A DNA stretch of 35,064 bases, taken from contig JAUWJG010000001.1 of NCBI GenBank assembly GCA_030607815.1, forward strand, positions 1-35,064. Reading direction: 5' to 3'. Below are positions 15,892 to 26,786 of this stretch, piece after piece. The position numbers and the translations under genes were made by a program. The stretch comes from Candidatus Bathyarchaeota archaeon (GTDB taxonomy: Archaea; Thermoproteota; Bathyarchaeia; RBG-16-48-13; GCA-020355125). Numbering within the stretch: position 1 is the stretch's first letter; the number at the start of each line of letters is the position of its first letter. The notes below the pieces were generated by a model. The model was not told the origin of the DNA, did not search any database, and saw nothing but the letters and a program-made list of their open reading frames with translations.

Positions 15892-16970
15892 TCAAGTAGA
15901 TTGTTCTCGCATATATGGCAATATTTGATTATCCCAAAATTTGTATTGAGCCTCTCTGTATTTCTCTGAGACAAAAGCCACTATTACAAAATAATTAACG
16001 TCTGATTTAATCCATTTTTCGAGTTTTTCTATACAGCTTGCGGGTGAACCCCAAATAGATCGTTGTTCAATCATTTCGAAAGAAACATGCTCTTGAGCAT
16101 ATTTAATAATTTGTGTTATCATTTTCCGTAATTATGAAATTTTTTTAAAAGAGAAATTATGTGAAATTTTTGAACTGGACTGATCTAATCCATTAGCATC
16201 AAATAATGAGAAAACTTTTGCAGGAAGTTCTAAAATATGTCTAGCTGCATCATCGTTCTCTGCAACAACAGAATATAATAAGATGCTTCGTTCTAAAGCG
16301 GAATTTTTTCTGACTTGTTTTCTGAATTTAAGAATGTTTTTAAATCGTTTTCATAGTTTTTTCTGACTAGAGGTAACCAACCATCTGCAAGTTTCGCAGT
16401 CATATTCATTGTTCTAGGTGAATTTGCAGCTATCCAAACCGGAGTATGTGGTTTCTAAATCGGTTTTGGATCAATAAAAGCTCCTTTTAGTTTAAAGAAC
16501 TCACCATCGAAATCAACTTTTTTTTCAGACCATAGCTTTATCATTAATCTAATGGCTTCGTCCATACGTGAGACGGGTTTATTCCATGGAATTCCAAAAG
16601 GCATAATACTCATTGCTTCTCCTGAGCCTATTTCTGTAATCACTATCCCCTTTGATATATGATCAAGGATTGAAATGGTTTGTGCAAGATTGCTGGATGT
16701 CTCGTTTGGATGTTGGTAACTGATGTTCTGAGATGTACTTTCGTAGTTATCATAGCTAGAGAATAGTATAGAATAAGCTTCTAGTACATCAAGACGTTTT
16801 AAATCCATTCCAACAATATGATCAACTATCCAGATAGAATCAAAGTTATCTTTTTCACTCATCTTTGCACGTTTTAATATTTCTTTCCAAGGATGAAACG
16901 GCATAGTGATTCCAAAGCGAAGCCCATTTGTTTCCAAATAAGTCATATCTAGGAAAATATCTTTCAACAA
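15892..16970 (-). pseudogene. Luciferase-like (LLM-class, F420/flavin-dependent) oxidoreductase, decayed
   Basis: The N-terminal 171-aa ORF (..SIWIVDHIVG.., FKLKGAFIDPKPI) ends at an in-frame TAG (16455-16457). Homology continues directly (KPHTPVWIAANSPRTMNMTAKLADGWLP). The frame changes at the T6 run 16304-16309 (..ILLYSVVAENDDAARHILE..). An in-frame TAA at 16132-16134 precedes the C-terminal 76-aa ORF. Confidence 0.75.
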
Positions 16971-17317
16971 CGTAAATATTATCTATGACTGTTAACCATT
17001 CACCTATAAACTTCCAAAATATGTGATGATTTCACTTGTATCACTTCTAAAAAGATTCATATAAAAAATTGCGCAGTATAGTTTTCGCAAGATGTTAATG
17101 TGACACGGACATTATAATGAAAACTTTTAGGTACAATAATTGTAAAAATGAAAAAGAGATCATCACTTAAACTTGATTAGTCTTAATGTAAAGAAGAGGT
17201 ATAAGAATTGAGCAAATTATTGAAAGCATAATCATTGGATACATATTTTATTTAGGAAAATTTTTTTTAGAAAAAATATAGAAATCAATGGATTGTACAT
17301 CTTCACAAAATTATTTT

Positions 17318-17728
17318 TTAAGATGATAATGTATCAAGTTTAAAGAAATATCTGGGCCATTGAGGCCATTGAAGAGGAATAGAGGTATCGAAGTCTACTA
17401 ATAAATTCATACCTACCCTGATTTGTTTTGGGTTCATATCACGAATTATACCAGGTAGGTTGAGACCGGCATTCAATTTTACAATTCCGATAATGTAGGG
17501 GGTTTTAGATTGAAATTGTTCTGTTGAAAAGTGAATCACAGTGTAACTAATTAATTCTCCTTTTCCTTCAAGTTTCACCCAGTTAAAGTTTGTAGAGAGA
17601 CATTTAGTACACATTGGTCTTGGTGGCAGAAATAAGGTTTCGCATTTACAACATTTTGTTGCCATAAGTTTTCGTTCGCCTAAAAATTTGTAGAAGCTTT
17701 CTATAGTGAAGGGAGAATCTTCCAACAT
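17318..17728 (-). CDS. DUF35-type Zn-ribbon/OB-fold protein (second copy)
   Basis: CCKCETLFLPPRPMCTKC zinc ribbon plus an OB-like C-terminus. The preferred start is the MLEDSPF ATG at 17728, 4 nt after the thiolase stop, with GAGGGGA upstream. The ORF track start at 17785 would overlap the thiolase gene. Confidence 0.75.
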   Translation of the reverse strand: MLEDSPFTIESFYKFLGERKLMATKCCKCETLFLPPRPMCTKCLSTNFNWVKLEGKGELISYTVIHFSTEQFQSKTPYIIGIVKLNAGLNLPGIIRDMNPKQIRVGMNLLVDFDTSIPLQWPQWPRYFFKLDTLSS

Positions 17729-17732
17729 ATTG

Positions 17733-18920
17733 TTATCCCCTCTTAAAAATGTGTACCGTCGCACTAGCTCCCGACCCTCCGACATTATAAGATAAACCTA
17801 TTTCAGCTCCACTCACTTGCCTTTTCTCCGCTTGCCCTATCAATTGTAAATATATCTCATAAGCTTGAGCAGTTCCAGTCGCTCCAACAGGATGTCCCTT
17901 CGCCTTCAATCCTCCACTGGTATTGACAGGAATCTCGCCATTAAGGTTTGTTACATTCTGATCGATAAGGTTTCCACCTTTTCCTGGCTTACAAAGACCG
18001 AGATCTTCGTAAGCTATAATTTCAGCAATAGTAAAACAATCGTGAACCTCTATTATATCCAAATCTTTAGGTGTAACCTGCGCCATCTTATATGCTTCAC
18101 GTCCAGCAAGTCTTCCTGCTTTAAGAGTTGTAAGTTCATCTCTTTCGTAAAGACCGATTGTATCACTGGCTTGACCTGTACCAATGATATGAACAGGTAT
18201 ATCCGTAAATGTTTTAGCTATGTTAGGATTGGTTAAAATTAGACAACTAGCTCCATCACTAATTAATGAACAGTCGTACAGTTTCAGGGGCCAAGCTATA
18301 ACTCTTGATGACATTACTTTCTCCAGAGTTATTTCTTTCTGAATGTGGGCTTTCGGGTTTAAGGCTCCATTGTGATGATTTTTTACTGCAACTCGAGCCA
18401 TCTGTTCTTCCGTTGTGCCGTATTTATGCATATGAGCTGTAGCCATGAGAGCATATAACCCCGGAAATGTTATCCCATTCCATTGCTCAAAGGGGAAGTC
18501 AGAGGCCATAGTTAGGAATTCTGTCACGTCCATCGTGGTTCTATGGGTCATTTTTTCCACTCCACCAACCATTACAATGTTATACATACCAGACAGTATG
18601 GCCATAATACCCATTCTAAGGGCAACACCTGATGAAGCACAAGCAGATTCAATTCTTATTGCTGGTCTTGGTAACAAACCAGCCCAGTCAGCTAAGATTG
18701 GTCCGGTATGTCCTTGATGTTCAAAGGATTCACCCATGTGTCCAATAAAGAGTGCTTCAATATCTTTAACTGGATCTAAATTAGGACACTTTTCAAAAGC
18801 TTCTTTCGCTGCTTCAACGAAGATTTCGCGACTACATTTTCCTTCCAGTCGTCCAAACTTTGATAGCCCAGAGGATATGATTGAAACTAAATTCTTTTGC
18901 GTCAATACAGAAACATCCAA
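17733..18920 (-). CDS. Thiolase-family acetyl-CoA C-acyltransferase (second copy)
   Basis: 395 aa with IESACASSG, GHPVGATG, NVGGSG. A clear paralogue of 1724-2908 (shared YGTTEE..ARVAVKNH, WPLKLYDCS, VHDCFTIAEI.AYEDLGLC). TTG start, uncertain. Confidence 0.85.
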   Translation of the reverse strand: MDVSVLTQKNLVSIISSGLSKFGRLEGKCSREIFVEAAKEAFEKCPNLDPVKDIEALFIGHMGESFEHQGHTGPILADWAGLLPRPAIRIESACASSGVALRMGIMAILSGMYNIVMVGGVEKMTHRTTMDVTEFLTMASDFPFEQWNGITFPGLYALMATAHMHKYGTTEEQMARVAVKNHHNGALNPKAHIQKEITLEKVMSSRVIAWPLKLYDCSLISDGASCLILTNPNIAKTFTDIPVHIIGTGQASDTIGLYERDELTTLKAGRLAGREAYKMAQVTPKDLDIIEVHDCFTIAEIIAYEDLGLCKPGKGGNLIDQNVTNLNGEIPVNTSGGLKAKGHPVGATGTAQAYEIYLQLIGQAEKRQVSGAEIGLSYNVGGSGASATVHIFKRG

Positions 18921-19114
18921 TCAGAGATTGTTAAGTAAATAGGATAACTATACAAATATTTATAGTCTCTCATATTAGCAATGAAATGGTTTGGTGATAT
19001 TTTGAAAAAAAACTTGTCTAACAAAAATCAAATGTTCATATAAAAATTGAAAAAGATTAAAAATTGCGAGACTGCCAAACTAGGAGGAGGCACATAATAA
19101 AAGATGGAAAAGAG

Positions 19115-20293
19115 TTAATATTTGTAAAACCCTCGCCCGGTTTTTCTGCCGATCCATCCTTTATCAATATATGTTGTAAGTAACGGACATGGTTTATACA
19201 TCTCCATGTTATACTTCTTGTAAAGCTCATCTAACTTGTTTAATATCCAATCTAAACCTTTTTTATCAGCGTATTCACATGGACCTAAAGACCATCCTGT
19301 TCCCAATTTCATTCCCATATCGATACTATCTGATTCTGCTACATTGTCATAAACTAACCATGCAGCCTCGTTAATGGCAACTACCCAAATTCTTTCAATA
19401 TCATATTCATCAGCTAAATTAAATGGAATTCTTGGTCTTCCTTTACTCCAATCATAAAATCCATGTTTAACTTTCTGACCGAATCTTTTCTCTTTAACAA
19501 GTGGTTCTATAACTTCGTGACAGGGTTTGAATCTTGCTCCATAGGCTTCGTATAATATTTTACCAACTTCATAGACTATGTCTATTCCTACAAAGTCACA
19601 TAATTCAAACCATCCCATTGGAAATCCTCCGATGTACTTTGCAGAAGCATCTATACCTTCCTTGGAAGTTTCGCCTCTATGATAAGCCCAAAAAGCTTCA
19701 TTGAACACCATACCCAAAATTCTATTTACTATGAATCCTCGAACATCTTTCTTGCAGAGTATAGGTGTTTTTCCTATTTGTTTACTAAGTTCTAAGATAA
19801 TTTTTACAGTTTCATCACTTGTATCTTCACCCTTAATTACTTCTATAAGTTGCATCAATTGTGGAGGATTAAACCAATGCATTCCCACAACTTTATCAGG
19901 TCTATTAGTTGCTCTACCCATTTCAGTGATACTTAAAGTGGACGTATTCGTGGCTATTATCGCGTAAGGTGGAGCAATCGCATCAAGTTTAGCGAAGACC
20001 ATTTTTTTAATATTCATTTTTTCGGAAACAACTTCTATAGCCAAGTCTATATCATTTGCAGCTTCCTCATATGATGTTGTTATTTTTATCCTAGATAAAG
20101 CTGCTTCAGCATCCTCTTTCCTTATTCTCCGTTTCTCAACAAACTTATTTAAGCTCCATTCGATTCTCTGAAGACCTTTTTTTAAAAGATCATCATTTAA
20201 ATCGAGAAGATTAACTTCATATCCGCGCATGGAAAAAACTTGCGCTATTCCATGTCCAAGCAATCCCGCTCCAATTATAGCTAACTTTTTCAT
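19115..20293 (-). CDS. 3-hydroxyacyl-CoA dehydrogenase (NAD-binding plus C-terminal dimerisation domains)
   Basis: KKLAIIGAGLLGHGIAQVF Rossmann motif, NTSTLSITE, HWFNPP. The preferred ATG at 20293 lies 8 nt after GAGGT. The ORF is open to 20317. Confidence 0.85.
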   Translation of the reverse strand: MKKLAIIGAGLLGHGIAQVFSMRGYEVNLLDLNDDLLKKGLQRIEWSLNKFVEKRRIRKEDAEAALSRIKITTSYEEAANDIDLAIEVVSEKMNIKKMVFAKLDAIAPPYAIIATNTSTLSITEMGRATNRPDKVVGMHWFNPPQLMQLIEVIKGEDTSDETVKIILELSKQIGKTPILCKKDVRGFIVNRILGMVFNEAFWAYHRGETSKEGIDASAKYIGGFPMGWFELCDFVGIDIVYEVGKILYEAYGARFKPCHEVIEPLVKEKRFGQKVKHGFYDWSKGRPRIPFNLADEYDIERIWVVAINEAAWLVYDNVAESDSIDMGMKLGTGWSLGPCEYADKKGLDWILNKLDELYKKYNMEMYKPCPLLTTYIDKGWIGRKTGRGFYKY

Positions 20294-20340
20294 AGCGACA
20301 AACCTCTTTAAAGACAAAGATAAACTTAAACTGATTAGAC

Positions 20341-21129
20341 TTATTTACCCTTAAACTTAGGTTTCCTCCGAGACATAAATGCTTCTAAGCCTAATTTTAC
20401 ATCTTCTGTTGAGAAGAGTAAACCCATAAGACTGGCTTCCATCCTTAATCCTACTTCAAGTGGAACCTGAGAACCAAAATTTATTGCTTGCTTCGCATAT
20501 TTGAGTGCAATTGGAGGTCCGTCACATATTCTTTGAGACAATGCTCTTGTTTCATCTTTCAACTTGTCATATGGAACAACTTTGTCCACTAAACCTATTT
20601 TTAATGCTTCATCAGCTTTAACTCTATCTCCAAGCATCACAAGTCTTTTTGCAGAAGATATACCAATGATTCGTACAAGTCTTTGGGTAGCACCCCATCC
20701 CGGGATAATGCCTAAATTTATCTCAGGGCTTCCTAGCTCTGCATGTTCAGAAGCTATTCTAAAATCGCAGGCTAATGCCAATTCTAAACCGCCGCCTAAA
20801 GCATATCCATTTATAACAGCGATTACAGGTTTTGATAATGCTTCAATTTTTGAGAAAAGTTTCTGACCAATTCTTGAGAATTCAGTAGCTGTTACAGGAG
20901 TAGCTTTTGAAAATGCCATTAGATCAGCACCAGTACTGAAAGCTCTATCACCTTCTCCTGTGATTATAACGCATCTTACACCAGTATCTTGATCGATTGT
21001 ATCAAGAACTTCAGACAATTCTTCGATTAATGTGTCATTGAACGCGTTTAACCTATGCGGCCTGTTTAAAGTAATTTGAACTGTACTCTTTTCTCTCTCA
21101 ATTTTTAAGGTTTCATACGGTTTAGACAT
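20341..21129 (-). CDS. Enoyl-CoA hydratase (crotonase family)
   Basis: 262 aa with FSTGADL, AVINGYALGGGLELALACDFRIA, PEINLGIIPGWGATQRL. Confidence 0.9.
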   Translation of the reverse strand: MSKPYETLKIEREKSTVQITLNRPHRLNAFNDTLIEELSEVLDTIDQDTGVRCVIITGEGDRAFSTGADLMAFSKATPVTATEFSRIGQKLFSKIEALSKPVIAVINGYALGGGLELALACDFRIASEHAELGSPEINLGIIPGWGATQRLVRIIGISSAKRLVMLGDRVKADEALKIGLVDKVVPYDKLKDETRALSQRICDGPPIALKYAKQAINFGSQVPLEVGLRMEASLMGLLFSTEDVKLGLEAFMSRRKPKFKGK

Positions 21130-21181
21130 TTTTTATACATTCCATTATTCCATTTAAATTTATTAAAAAAGAATTCTTCAA

Positions 21182-22333
21182 TTAGAACATTCTTAACAAA
21201 TATCTAAGAATTGTTAACCTTTGAATTTCCGATGTTCCCTCATAGATCTCAGTTATTTTTGCATCTCTATAGAATTTTTCAACTCTATATTCACGCATAT
21301 ATCCATATCCACCTAACGTTTGAATTGCCACATCAGCTGATTTCACAGCTACCTTACTAGCGTAAAGTTTAGCCATAGAAGTTAACATGGGATCCATAGA
21401 TCCCTGATCAACAGTCCATGCTGCTTTATAGACTAATAGTTGAGCTGCCGCGATTTCTGTGGCTACTTCCGCAAGTTTGCATCCTATTTGTTGAAATTGT
21501 ATAATTGGTTGTCCAAATGCTTCTCTTTGTTTTGCGTATTTGAAAGCTATTTCGAATGCGCCTTGTGCGGTTCCAACCGCTTGAGCTGCAACTCCAATTC
21601 TACTTATATCAAAAAACCACATAGAATGATAAAAGCCTCTATTCAACTCACCCAATATCTCGGCATCAGTTACTTTAACATCACTGAGTGAAACTTCTCC
21701 CGTTGCCGTACATCTGATACCCATCTTATTCTTCTGTTCTAAAACATCTAGTCCAGGAATTCCCTTCTCCACTATAAATAATGTTTGACCTCTATATGTA
21801 GGTCTTACTTTAGTATCTGTTTGACATAGGACTATTATGAAATCAGCTATTGGTGCATTAGTTATGAATGTTTTTGTTCCATTTAACCACCATTCATCTC
21901 CATATTTTCGTGCAATAGTATCCATTTTAGTTATGTCGCTTCCACGAGATGGTTCAGTAAAAGCCGCAGAAGATATATACTCTCCACGACTTAATGGTGG
22001 AAGATATTTTTTCTTTTGTTCTTCAGTTCCATGGTAAAGAAGTAAATCACTTCCAAACAAACCAATCAATGTAGCAATACCAAGGGATGAATCTGCTCTA
22101 CACATTTCTTCCATGGCTATAGCTGCTTCCAAATAACCATACCCTTGTCCACCATATTGTTCAGGAACAAAAAGACTTGTAAATCCAAGTTTTGCAGCCT
22201 TTTTATATAGTTCCATCGGATACTTTTCGTTTTTATCAAGTTCTAACGCTAGTTCAGGAATGAATTCATTTTCACAAAATTCTCTAATTGCACATCTAAT
22301 CTCTAACTGTTCTTCGCTTAATTTAAACTCCAA
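21182..22333 (-). CDS. Acyl-CoA dehydrogenase
   Basis: 383 aa with FTEPSRGSD, the catalytic-Glu context YEGTSEIQRL near the C-terminus, and QTLGGYGY. TTG start follows GGGGA. Confidence 0.9.
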   Translation of the reverse strand: MEFKLSEEQLEIRCAIREFCENEFIPELALELDKNEKYPMELYKKAAKLGFTSLFVPEQYGGQGYGYLEAAIAMEEMCRADSSLGIATLIGLFGSDLLLYHGTEEQKKKYLPPLSRGEYISSAAFTEPSRGSDITKMDTIARKYGDEWWLNGTKTFITNAPIADFIIVLCQTDTKVRPTYRGQTLFIVEKGIPGLDVLEQKNKMGIRCTATGEVSLSDVKVTDAEILGELNRGFYHSMWFFDISRIGVAAQAVGTAQGAFEIAFKYAKQREAFGQPIIQFQQIGCKLAEVATEIAAAQLLVYKAAWTVDQGSMDPMLTSMAKLYASKVAVKSADVAIQTLGGYGYMREYRVEKFYRDAKITEIYEGTSEIQRLTILRYLLRMF

Positions 22334-22498
22334 AGAATTCCCCTTAATCTAGTAGTAATGAGATATGTTATAATTATTTATGCATTAAATTCTAAAGTTT
22401 CTTCGTTCAAGATTATTCAATGATCAGTCTTAAATAAGATTTAAGTAAACATTTATCTCAAATGAATAGGAGTCTATCATGAATAGTAGGTGTAAATA

Positions 22499-24469
22499 GT
22501 GAAAAATCATTCTGAGAATCCATTTGAGATTTTTAGAAAAGAATGTAAAAACATTCTAAAGGAAGCTTGGGATAATTCTCAAAAAGAACAGTCTAAAAAT
22601 AACAAAAATAGTGAAACAAAAAAGATTTCTTTTTCGTTAGATATGCCACCTTCATTAAAGTTAGGTGACCTTTCATCCGCTTCATGTTTCAAACTTTCTA
22701 AACAACTAAAGATACCTTCGAATACATTAGCTCAGAATATAGTAGAAAATATCGATTTATCAAAGATGTCTATGATTAAGGATGTTAAAGTTGCTGGAGG
22801 AGGATATATAAATTTTTACGTTGACTATGAAAAACTTTCAAAACTAGCGATAGAATCAGCACTTATTCTCAACACGTCTTATGGATATGTAAAAACAGAT
22901 ATCCCGAAGAAGATCATTGTTGAACATACAAGTGTAAATCCTGCGGGACCAATCCATGTTGGAACTGCAAGGAATTCAATTCTTGGGGATTCAATATCTC
23001 GTATTCTGAGAGCAAGAGGACATAAAGTGAACACACATTTCTATATTGATGATGTTGGCAAGCAAATCGCGGTACTTGTTTATGGTTATAAGATGATTGA
23101 TCAACCTCAACCTAAAGGAAAAGCTGACCATTGGATAGGTCTTATCTACGCTATAACAAATTGTATTCTTGAGATTCAAAAATTGAAGAAACAACTAAAA
23201 GAAGTCCCAATTGAAGATATAAATAAGATTCAAAATAAGTTGGATGATTGGGTTATTGCTGCTGATGATATATATGAAAGAGATAAGATTCTCTTTAATA
23301 CCATACTTGATAAAATCAAAAAGGATCACTCACCTCAAGATAATATTGCAAAAATTATGCGTTTTTATGAGATGGAAAAACCAGAGATAAAGAGTTTAAT
23401 TAGAAGAGTCGTTAAGATATGTTTGGAAGCATATAAGGAAACTTATTCTAGAGTGGGAATCTATTGGGATTCTTGGGATTGGGAAAGTAATTTAGTATGG
23501 AACGGATCAGTAGCCCAAATTATTGATAAACTAAAAGCATCACCTTACTACGATTCTACTGGTGAGACAGCATTATTAAAAATTGATCAAATTGCTGAGG
23601 CAATGAATCTTAAAAAGATTTTTAATGTCTCAAAGAAACTTGAAATTCCTTCCCTCGTCCTTATTCGTTCTGATGGAACTAGTCTCTATCCAACAAGGGA
23701 CATCGCATATAGTTTATGGAAACTACAGCAAGCCGATAAAGTCATCAATGTGATAGGAGTAGAACAAACCTTGATACAGCTTCAGTTACGAGTAGCATTA
23801 AGTCTGTTAATATCTCCAAAAAAAGCGATGAATCTAATTCATTACGCATATGAACTTGTTAAAGTACCAGACTTTAAAATGTCGAAACGACGGGGCAGAT
23901 ATATAGCTTTTGATGACATCCTCGACGAAGCAATTAAGAGAGCACAATTAGAGGTAAATAAAAGGTCTCCGAATTTATCAGTTGAGTTAAAAAAAGGAAT
24001 TGCTGAAGCTGTAGGAATTGGAGCCGTAAAATATGCTCTAACAGAGGTTGCCCCGAAGAAGCAGGTGACCTTTACATGGGAAAAAGTGTTAAATTTTGAG
24101 ATGAATAGTGCACCATTCATACAATACGCTCACGCTAGAGCATGCAACATCCTAAAGAAGGCTGAAAATAAATCAATAAAACCTAATTACGCTCTCTTAA
24201 TCGAGAATATTGAGAAAGAAATAGTGAAAAAAATTGCAATCTTCCCAGAAATATTCATAGCTACTTCTAAGAATCTTACACCATACATCATTAATGAGTA
24301 TGTGAATGATCTGGCTGCGAAGTTTAACTCCTTTTATGCCAGTTGTCCCGTTCTGAACGCTGATGAATATGAACTCAAGGAAGCTAGACTGGTTATGGTT
24401 GATGCTGTACGAATAGTACTAAGAAATGCATTAAAACTACTTGGCATAGAAGCTCTTGAAAGGATGTAA
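22499..24469 (+). CDS. argS: Arginine--tRNA ligase
   Basis: 656 aa with the HIGH-type motif HTSVNPAGPIHVGTARN, a KMSKRRG motif, and a DALR-type anticodon-binding C-terminus ending ..LGIEALERM. GTG start. Confidence 0.9.
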   Translation: MKNHSENPFEIFRKECKNILKEAWDNSQKEQSKNNKNSETKKISFSLDMPPSLKLGDLSSASCFKLSKQLKIPSNTLAQNIVENIDLSKMSMIKDVKVAGGGYINFYVDYEKLSKLAIESALILNTSYGYVKTDIPKKIIVEHTSVNPAGPIHVGTARNSILGDSISRILRARGHKVNTHFYIDDVGKQIAVLVYGYKMIDQPQPKGKADHWIGLIYAITNCILEIQKLKKQLKEVPIEDINKIQNKLDDWVIAADDIYERDKILFNTILDKIKKDHSPQDNIAKIMRFYEMEKPEIKSLIRRVVKICLEAYKETYSRVGIYWDSWDWESNLVWNGSVAQIIDKLKASPYYDSTGETALLKIDQIAEAMNLKKIFNVSKKLEIPSLVLIRSDGTSLYPTRDIAYSLWKLQQADKVINVIGVEQTLIQLQLRVALSLLISPKKAMNLIHYAYELVKVPDFKMSKRRGRYIAFDDILDEAIKRAQLEVNKRSPNLSVELKKGIAEAVGIGAVKYALTEVAPKKQVTFTWEKVLNFEMNSAPFIQYAHARACNILKKAENKSIKPNYALLIENIEKEIVKKIAIFPEIFIATSKNLTPYIINEYVNDLAAKFNSFYASCPVLNADEYELKEARLVMVDAVRIVLRNALKLLGIEALERM

Positions 24470-24498
24470 CAAAATGGAAAAAGAAGAAATAAATCTTA

Positions 24499-24651
24499 AT
24501 GTCAACTCTTCTTATTGGTTTAGTTTTACTAACAAAGCATTGGCGTAGGTATGGAAAAATAGATCCAACATTAGAACAAGAAAGAGTAGCGTTGATAATA
24601 GCAACAATCTCTATGTTTTTGTTAGTGGTGATACAAAAGAGTGAAAAATAA
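24499..24651 (+). CDS. Hypothetical small membrane protein (50 aa; below the ORF-track cutoff)
   Basis: Manual translation gives MSTLLIGLVLLTKHWRRYGKIDPTLEQERVALIIATISMFLLVVIQKSEK, two hydrophobic segments around a basic loop. It starts 30 nt after the argS stop. No homology evidence. Confidence 0.25.
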   Translation: MSTLLIGLVLLTKHWRRYGKIDPTLEQERVALIIATISMFLLVVIQKSEK

Positions 24652-24861
24652 TAAGTAAAGCATTATTCGGCAACATAAGAATAAAGAATAGTGTGAAGTA
24701 GAATCTATAAAAAAAGAAATAATGAATTGATAAACTATATAGTTCGCTTGGTTAGATTTGTAACTTTTTTAGAAAATTGAACTTTATAGTAATTATAGTT
24801 TAATAAGAAGTAATTATCAACTTATTCTGAATATAGATAATAATTAAAGAGGGAAATATTA

Positions 24862-25938
24862 ATGAAACTAAAGGAATATGAAGGAAAAGCTATTTTTAAA
24901 AAATATAATATTCCTATTCCTAACGGTGTTGTAATTTCTGATTTAAATAATCTCAAGGATAAATTAGAGAAACTTCCAATTGATTTAGTTGTAAAAGCAC
25001 AAATATTAGTTGCTGGAAGAAAAAAAGCTGGGGGAATAATATTTGTTGATAAAAAAAATGTGGAAGAAGTTGCATCATCACTTTTATATAAAAAAATTAA
25101 AGGTATGACAGTGAAAGAGCTGCTGATTGAAGAGAAATTAGATATTGAAAAAGAATTTTACATTTCGTTAATTGTTGACAGATCCGATAAAAAGGTCTAT
25201 TTGTTAATATCTCTAGAAGGAGGCGTTGACATTGAAGACCTCTCACAAAGTCATCCTGAAAAAATATTGAAAGTTTCAGCAGATAATGAGAGGGATATTG
25301 AAGAAACTTTGAATAAATTACACAATAGCAAAAAGCTTGGAATAATTATCAAGATTTTATATAAAATAATGAAGGATTATGATGCGGAATTAGTTGAAAT
25401 AAATCCTTTAGTCGAATCAAAAGGCAAACTCATTGCAGCTGATTCTAAGATAATAATTGACGATAATTCACTATTTAGACATCCAGAATTTAAAATGAAA
25501 AGAGAATTAATCAAAATCGAAGCTGAAGCTGCAAAGCACGGTCTCAATTATGTAGAATTGGAAGGAGATATTGGTGTAATCGGAAATGGTGCAGGTTTAG
25601 TGATGGCAACGTTAGATATCTTAGATTATTATGGTGGAAAAGCAGCTAATTTTTTGGATGTTGGTGGTGGGGCTTCAATTGAACGAATGGAGAAAGCTTT
25701 GGAGATAACCATGACTAAAAACCCAAAAAAGATAATCATTAACATATTTGGTGGGATCACAAAGTGTGATGAAATAGCAAAAGGGATTATTAATTTCAAA
25801 AAGAAGAATGGTATTACAATTCCAATGGTAGTCAGGATGATAGGTACAAATGAAAGGGAAGCTAAAAAGATTTTAGAAGAAAATGGTATTTTCTGCATGG
25901 ATTCCATGGAAGCAGCGATTAAAAAGGTGGTTGAATGA
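24862..25938 (+). CDS. sucC: Succinate--CoA ligase (ADP-forming) beta subunit
   Basis: 358 aa with an ATP-grasp N-terminus (MKLKEYEGKAIFKKYNIP, VVKAQILVAGRKKAGG), EINPL, GNGAGLVMATLD, NFLDVGGGA, NIFGGITKCD. A 4-nt overlap with sucD. Confidence 0.85.
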   Translation: MKLKEYEGKAIFKKYNIPIPNGVVISDLNNLKDKLEKLPIDLVVKAQILVAGRKKAGGIIFVDKKNVEEVASSLLYKKIKGMTVKELLIEEKLDIEKEFYISLIVDRSDKKVYLLISLEGGVDIEDLSQSHPEKILKVSADNERDIEETLNKLHNSKKLGIIIKILYKIMKDYDAELVEINPLVESKGKLIAADSKIIIDDNSLFRHPEFKMKRELIKIEAEAAKHGLNYVELEGDIGVIGNGAGLVMATLDILDYYGGKAANFLDVGGGASIERMEKALEITMTKNPKKIIINIFGGITKCDEIAKGIINFKKKNGITIPMVVRMIGTNEREAKKILEENGIFCMDSMEAAIKKVVE

Positions 25939-26786
25939 CTATTTTAATAGATAAAAAAACTAAAGTCATAGTTCAAGGAGCGACCGGACACCAAGGTTCT
26001 TTTCACACCAAACTGATGAAAGAATACGGTACTAACATTATAGCTGGTGTAACCCCAAAAAAAGGTGGGCAGGAAGTTCATGGTATCCCAGTCTTTAACA
26101 CAGTTAAGGAAGCTCAAGACTTCAATCCTGCAGATTATTCAATTCTTTTCGTTCCAGCTCGATTTGCAAAAAGTGCTGCGTTTGAAGCTTTAGATAATGG
26201 TTTAAATTTGGTGATTATTTCTGAAGGCATACCAATTCACGATTCAATAGGAATAATGAACAAAGCAAAAGAAAATGCTTTAACCGTTATTGGACCAAAT
26301 ACGCCAGGAATTATCTCAGTAAATGAGTGTAAAATCGGAATAATGCCATCGCATATCTTCAAAAAAGGGAAAGTGGGTATAATTTCGAGGAGTGGAACAC
26401 TAACATATGAGATAGTTAATGAACTGTCTAAGAATAAACTAGGCCAAAGTACGGTTCTTGGAATTGGTGGAGACCCAGTAATCGGAATAGATTTCATTGG
26501 AGCATTAAAATTGTTTGAAGAAGATCATAGAACAGAAAAAATCGTGATTATTGGGGAAATCGGAGGAGATTTAGAAGAAAGAACAGCTAAGTTTCTGAAA
26601 AATTATTCAAAATATGTAGTAGTTTATATTGCTGGAAGAACTGCTCCACCGGATAAGAGAATGGGACATGCAGGAGCCATTATATCAGCAGGTATAGGAA
26701 CGGCGAAATCGAAAATAAATAAATTTATGAGTGTAGGAATCAAAGTTGCACAACTTCCCTCAGAAGTTGTTAGATTACTAAAATAA
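25935..26786 (+). CDS. sucD: Succinate--CoA ligase alpha subunit
   Basis: 283 aa with VQGATGHQGSFH, GPNTPGII, SRSGTLTYE, and the phosphohistidine loop MGHAGAIIS. Confidence 0.9.
   Translation: MTILIDKKTKVIVQGATGHQGSFHTKLMKEYGTNIIAGVTPKKGGQEVHGIPVFNTVKEAQDFNPADYSILFVPARFAKSAAFEALDNGLNLVIISEGIPIHDSIGIMNKAKENALTVIGPNTPGIISVNECKIGIMPSHIFKKGKVGIISRSGTLTYEIVNELSKNKLGQSTVLGIGGDPVIGIDFIGALKLFEEDHRTEKIVIIGEIGGDLEERTAKFLKNYSKYVVVYIAGRTAPPDKRMGHAGAIISAGIGTAKSKINKFMSVGIKVAQLPSEVVRLLK

Noticed and set aside
16455-16457. The in-frame TAG in the luciferase-like gene as possible pyrrolysine or stop-codon recoding.
   Set aside because: The same gene also has an in-frame TAA and a frameshift. No pyl genes or other TAG-interrupted genes are visible in the window, and TAG is used as a normal stop. 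Decay is the simpler explanation.
17023-17100. GTGATGA (a C-box-like heptamer) in the spacer upstream of the beta-oxidation operon, considered as a C/D-box sRNA.
   Set aside because: No CTGA D box or C'/D' pair lies at a compatible distance, and there is no terminal stem.
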